Part shown: piece by piece, positions 59,202 through 64,000 of the stretch
How the letters are laid out: each line of letters starts with the position of its first letter
Position numbering within the stretch: position 1 is the first letter of the stretch
From: Basidiobolus meristosporus CBS 931.73
Lineage: Eukaryota > Fungi > Basidiobolomycota
Direction: 5' to 3'
Length of the DNA: 64,000 bases
Assembly: GCA_002104905.1 (NCBI GenBank)
Contig: MCFE01000357.1
Coordinates: 1-64,000, forward strand
The notes under the pieces: generated by a model
Databases searched by the model: none
What the model was told of the DNA's origin: nothing
Seen by the model: only the letters and a program-made list of their open reading frames with translations
Program-made: the position numbers and the translations under genes

Positions 59202-60615
59202 ATGGCAAGCAAACTAGTTATTCCCAAGTTGAGAGACACTTTTCTGTATGATCGGAAGATCAACTGGTTTCCCGGCCACATGGCAAAGGGCTTGAGAATC
59301 ATACAGGAGAAATTAAACTCCATTGACATTATCGTGGAAGCTAGAGACGCAAGGATATCCTTTTGTTTGACTGGTTGTGAATCATTGGCATTTATGTGGC
59401 GCATCCTTGACTTGAATTTTCTTACATTCCAGTCTCCTCCATTAACCCACGGTTTGAGGAGGTTGTCGGGAAGAAAGAGCGCCTCGTGGTATATAACAAA
59501 GCGGACTTGGCCGACCCCAAGACGCAAAAAGTATGTTCCTCCGTGCCCGGGTGACTAGTGTTTACTTGCTAATCCTCCCCACTAGCCCATCACCGAAGCC
59601 ATAAAAAAATACCACGGACACAAGGTTCTGTTCACGAACGCGAACCAAGACATGAACGTGAAGAAAATCATCAAAATGGCTGCAGGTTCGTCCCCCCCCA
59701 TCGCCATATATTCAGCATGTCTATTGACGGTAGCGTCGCAGAGAAATCCAAGAAAAATCCCCTCGAATTTCCCTTCGTTAATGTCATGATTGTGGGGATG
59801 CCAAATGTAGGCAAATCCTCGCTGATTAATTCCATGCGCCGAGTAGGCTTAAACAAAGGTTCATTAGACTTCTGAGCAATGCCCAGGATCGACTCATAAA
59901 CACTTAACACGACTGAATTCTCTAGGCAAAGCGGCCAGAACAGGACCGATGCCCGGCGTTACACGCAAAGTAATTGGCACAGTTAAAGTGTGGGATGACC
60001 CACCAGTCTATCTGTTCGACACTCCAGGCGTAATGATTCCCCATATCCCTGACCCCCTGACCTCGCTGAAGGTCGCATTGACAGGTATATAAAGCAGGAC
60101 TCTTTGGGTGGATGTCAGTGTGACTAATAGGCTTCGTAAGGTGGCATCCGCGACCATATCGCTGATGAAGAGATTATGGCGGATTATTTGCTTTATCAAC
60201 TAAATAGGTTTGGGAATTTAAGGTAAGGGCCATGTTCGAAATCAGGCGAACCTTCTACTAATGGCGCGGTGGTTTTAGCTATGTTGATATGTTCAAGATG
60301 TCTGAGCCTACCGACGATATTTCGGTGGTTTTACCGGCCGTGGCAAAACGCATCGGGGCATTACACAAAGGGGCAGAACCGGACCTAACTGCCGGTGCGC
60401 GCTATTTCATAAAGCAATATCGTGACGGAAAGTTTGGTAGATACACGCTGGATGACTGTAGCCCCTCGGCGCTAGACAGATTTTTCACCGAACCATCCAT
60501 TTTCAAGGTGGAGAAAAGTAGACATCAGCTGAAGAAGGAGGCCTTTGCTGAGAAAATGGCAAAGATCATGAATAGAAGAGAAATCCGTCGAAAGAAGATG
60601 GCTGGTGAATCTTAG
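59202..60615 (+). CDS. MTG1: Mitochondrial ribosome-associated GTPase 1 (RbgA/YlqF family, multi-exon)
   Basis: [73 protein letters not shown]-type motif. Confidence 0.93.
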
Positions 60616-60678
60616 ATAGTTGCATTGTATTTCCTTTTTGTAAAAGCCCCGATAAATACTCGTCCCAGTCGGAATTGG

Positions 60679-61975
60679 CTATTCGAGAATAGGCAAAAAC
60701 TAGATTGCAAGGAGGCGTCAATATGATGTTGTTGGGGATTCCCATTATTTTGCTTACATTTCCAACAATAGCAAGAGGGATATCGAATATATCTCTCTTG
60801 AAAGTGAAGCAGAATGCGCAGGGAACAACCCTCCCAGCAGGCGTAACCAGATTGCATTTTATCTGGACAGATTGCTCAGAGTTGTCAAAAGCGTGCACCG
60901 CGAAATGGTCCCAGTAACTTATCGCGGACTTACTGTCCATCAGCTACCATTCAAAGTTCATATCATGGGGAGAAGGTGAGGCTACGAAAACTGAACATAC
61001 CTCATAAATGTACGTCGGCTTTCGGAGAAGGTCGTCTCTAGACCACTGCGTCAAGAAGGAGAATTCTTTCCCAACCAGCGCAAGTTGGCCGGTTCGCCGC
61101 CAGACAGCAGTTGGGGTCCCTGAGAAACTAATCATCTTCTCATACTCCTAATCAAAGCAGGGTAAATCAGTCACATTTGGCCGGACGATTACATCCAACT
61201 GACGCATACGAACTAGTATAACTCTCTGGAACCCTTTTTCCATGTATATCATGTCTTCCTCGGTCAAGTTCTTAACGAGAGCAATGAATGATGGTCGAAA
61301 CACTGCAAAAGCTTTGCAAATATGAATGACCTCCTCCTTTGTCATCCTAGAAACTCCATGAATATCAATTGATGCGTGCATATCTGGCTTTGAATCCGAC
61401 CTTGCTTTGATATAGCGAAAGAGATGGTGATATCCCTCTGTATAATTGTATGGGGCCGTGGGATTGTGATAAATAGCACTAACGGCTGGTACAACGTTGG
61501 TTGGACTCCGATTTCCCTGCTTGATACGCAACAAATTATTGTCAGGAACACTCTCAGAAACGCTCCCCCAACCAGTATTAGCCATATTCTCAGCTGGGTT
61601 GACCAACATGTACAATATCGAACTGAGCTGCTAGGTAAAGGGTGTGACCGCTGACAACAATGTTAGACCCAACAAGAGTACGCTTTATAGGTGCAAATTG
61701 TAAGCTTATGCTTGGGCCAGGAAGGGAGACATTTCGACTTACTCTTGCGAGGTTTGATGTTGTTCGTTTGTAAGAGCTGCTACTGGTTAGGGGTCGACGC
61801 TTTTCACGGTTTGAAGCTCTCCGCCATAATAAACGTCCTTCAAACTTGTTATCAAGGAGAGTGCTCGGAAAGAGCCGGAATGGGCTACCTTGAGATAAGG
61901 GCCAAGGTGTCGAAACCAGGAATTTAGAAACTCATCATGTGATCTAGCTACCTCATTCACATCATCCATCCATCC
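60679..61975 (-). CDS. Ert1/Rds2/AcuK-AcuM-type PAS-domain protein; no Zn2Cys6 cluster seen; start uncertain
   Basis: [85 protein letters not shown]. Confidence 0.85.
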
Positions 61976-62392
61976 ATGAACCATTTTCGTACATAATTGT
62001 TACGAATATCTACTGGAACCTGGAGCTCTCGATGTGTACCGGATTGTGTACTAAATCGTGTACCAAATCGTGTACTGAATACATAAAGCCCCTATCATGG
62101 ACAGTGTTGCACGATCATTCGCTCACCAACAAGGTGTTTTGAAAGGCCTCTTCTACGCCATATTCCTTTAGAGGGAAAAGATCTATTATCATGGATTGAA
62201 AGAGAATACTGTATTACATCATTCATGACGAGATGGGCCAGTTTTCCTTGAAGGGTTGAACCAATACAAATGTTCCATCTGATTTCATTTGTTTCGTACA
62301 CAAACGGATACTGAAGGGATTTTAGAATTTATATTAAATCCGTTTTCTGGCGAGCAGGAGGGTTTTGTTTTTTTCAGTCGGCTGTATTGACC

Positions 62393-62827
62393 ATGAGCGA
62401 CTTGAGCAACAGTCCGGTTTTCGCGAACGGTGGTGCCTCTTCAAAAAGACTGACCGTGGAGTTTTCCACTCACTTGCCTGAGAAGCCCATCAATATTCCT
62501 TCGACCACTGCCGCGAATAGTGGACTTGGAAAATCTTTGCAAGGCATTCGTCATATCAACATGGAGCCGTTACCACCCGCCAATCGTCCGGTTCCTAAGA
62601 AACCAGGGATGACCTTGAAATTCAGTGAGGATGTAAACACCGAAGCACACGAGTACCATCCGCCCAAGACCCCTTATCCTTACCAATCATACTTCCCAAT
62701 TGAAGAAGAGGGGGATGACAGTGATCTAGACAACGAAAAGGACAGTGAAGAGGAGGAGGAGGAGGAGGAGGAAGATGACAAACGCCGGACTTCAGAGGAA
62801 GACGATCTGTTTCCGGTAGACAACTAG
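62393..62827 (+). CDS. Hypothetical acidic protein (144 aa) with a possible PP1-docking/I-2-like segment
   Basis: Uninterrupted ORF; LKFSEDV...PPKTPYP followed by a poly-Glu/Asp tail. Confidence 0.7.
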   Translation: MSDLSNSPVFANGGASSKRLTVEFSTHLPEKPINIPSTTAANSGLGKSLQGIRHINMEPLPPANRPVPKKPGMTLKFSEDVNTEAHEYHPPKTPYPYQSYFPIEEEGDDSDLDNEKDSEEEEEEEEEDDKRRTSEEDDLFPVDN

Positions 62828-63371
62828 TGTACTCTCTTCGTGAAACTTCCCAACCTTGTATATAGACTCCTCAGTTCATGGGGATTTTAGAATTTTCTTG
62901 GGCAGTTTCTTTGCTTTCTTTGGTTAAATATTGAGTTTTCATGCCTCCGCACTATATTTTTTTTCATATAAAGATCGATGAATTTTGTCAAGTCATCTTT
63001 GAAATGAACAGTATTAGATGAATTTTGTCAAGTGTTTTTGAAATCAATACCAATTTCGAGCGTATCAGCTGTTCCATGGAATCATGGGTAACTTCTGTTC
63101 AAAACCGAATCATCTTGGTGACATCAGTACGTAACCCTATGGAGAGCGTCTATCACATTGAAATTGGTTAAGACCCACTGGACTTTATCCGAAGCAACAT
63201 TGCGCCATAATGTGTCAACTACTCGGCCCAATATTAGTGACGGTGTAACAGTAACACTCATTCTGATTCGTCTGCTCTCTGGCACGCTCTATGACTTCTA
63301 TTATGGGCATGGAGGATATATATAAGAAGGCTGGTTGGAGCAGAAGCAGTATTATACCACTTACTTAGAGT

Positions 63372-63971
63372 ATGGCAGAATTAGCCCCAGCCAGTGATAA
63401 TATTTCTTTAGAAGAAACATCCCCTAAGCCTCTTGAAGAGGGAATCTCAGAACCAGAGAAAACGCCCGCTTCGAATTCGCCCGAACCGCAAGAAACCAAA
63501 AGAACCTCAAACGTAGACACCAGTTGGTACAAGTCGATTGTAGTCGTTCCAAACAACGGCAGCACAGCCCGAGACCACTTAGGTATGGTTACTAATGATA
63601 TTTGCTGACCTTTACCTTCTGAATAACCATTTCCGTCTCTAATAGCAAACGAGCGTACGTACCTTGCGGAGTTCCGGTTTTGCTTGTTGGTGATAGTTTT
63701 AGGAATGTCGATTATTGGGGACTTTAGGTTTGGAAGCAGCCATCAGGAGGAGAATAAAGTCAGTCTTCATGCAGACTGGTCGGGCATCGCTTGGGTCTCC
63801 ATAGGGATTCTGTTGTCACTCTTTTGTGTGATCAACTACTTTGTCATGCAAATGAGATACGTCAAATCAAGAGCACCACTACAGAACTTCAAGGTTGTTA
63901 TACCAGTGATTGCTTTGATGGCAATAACTATATGCACCTTTACCATTAGCGCACTGGTTCGCAGAGACTAG
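63372..63971 (+). CDS. DUF202 (YidH-like) small membrane protein (intron 63583-63645)
   Basis: GSTARDHL|ANERTYLAEFR after splicing, followed by three hydrophobic helices. Confidence 0.88.
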
Positions 63972-64000
63972 CAGCATCAACAATTGGCATACACTGTAAA

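Noticed and set aside
1-64000. CRISPR array, rRNA or tRNA genes
   Set aside because: No regularly spaced repeat-spacer units; GTTCG-like hits (45240, 54141, 60235) lack a cloverleaf context; the DNA is eukaryotic.

Overview
Eukaryotic (fungal) genomic DNA in two sharply separated domains; the intron-rich genes and conserved-gene content suggest an early-diverging fungus, which is an inference only. (1) 1 to ~43,650 is a decayed, nested transposon island almost devoid of CpG. It holds two Ty1/copia families (A, LTR ~369 bp; B, LTR ~348 bp, with one structurally complete copy at 33589-38267 carrying an AGTTG TSD), both with a Ty5-type primer-binding site matching the anticodon arm of initiator tRNA-Met. 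It also holds a gag-less Ty3/gypsy pol fragment, solo LTRs of at least one further family, a 731-bp fold-back element flanked by TA, and many rearranged pieces of a CACTA/EnSpm-like DNA transposon. That transposon carries a Tnp2-type transposase, a divergently oriented unknown ORF2 (coiled coil, helical domain, 69-aa basic repeat) and probably a third ORF. (2) ~43,650 to 64,000 is CpG-normal, gene-dense DNA: Msn2/Seb1-like C2H2 factor, CUL4, threonine aldolase (GLY1), an unknown repeat protein with a mitochondrial presequence, eIF3m, MZT1, MTG1, an Ert1/Rds2-type PAS protein apparently lacking its Zn2Cys6 cluster, an acidic hypothetical protein and a DUF202 membrane protein. No CRISPR array, rRNA or tRNA gene was recognised. 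All alignments and counts were done by eye; no database searches were run. The best candidates for undescribed biology are the multi-ORF CACTA-like family, the abrupt CpG-erasure boundary, the fold-back element and the orphan mitochondrial repeat protein.
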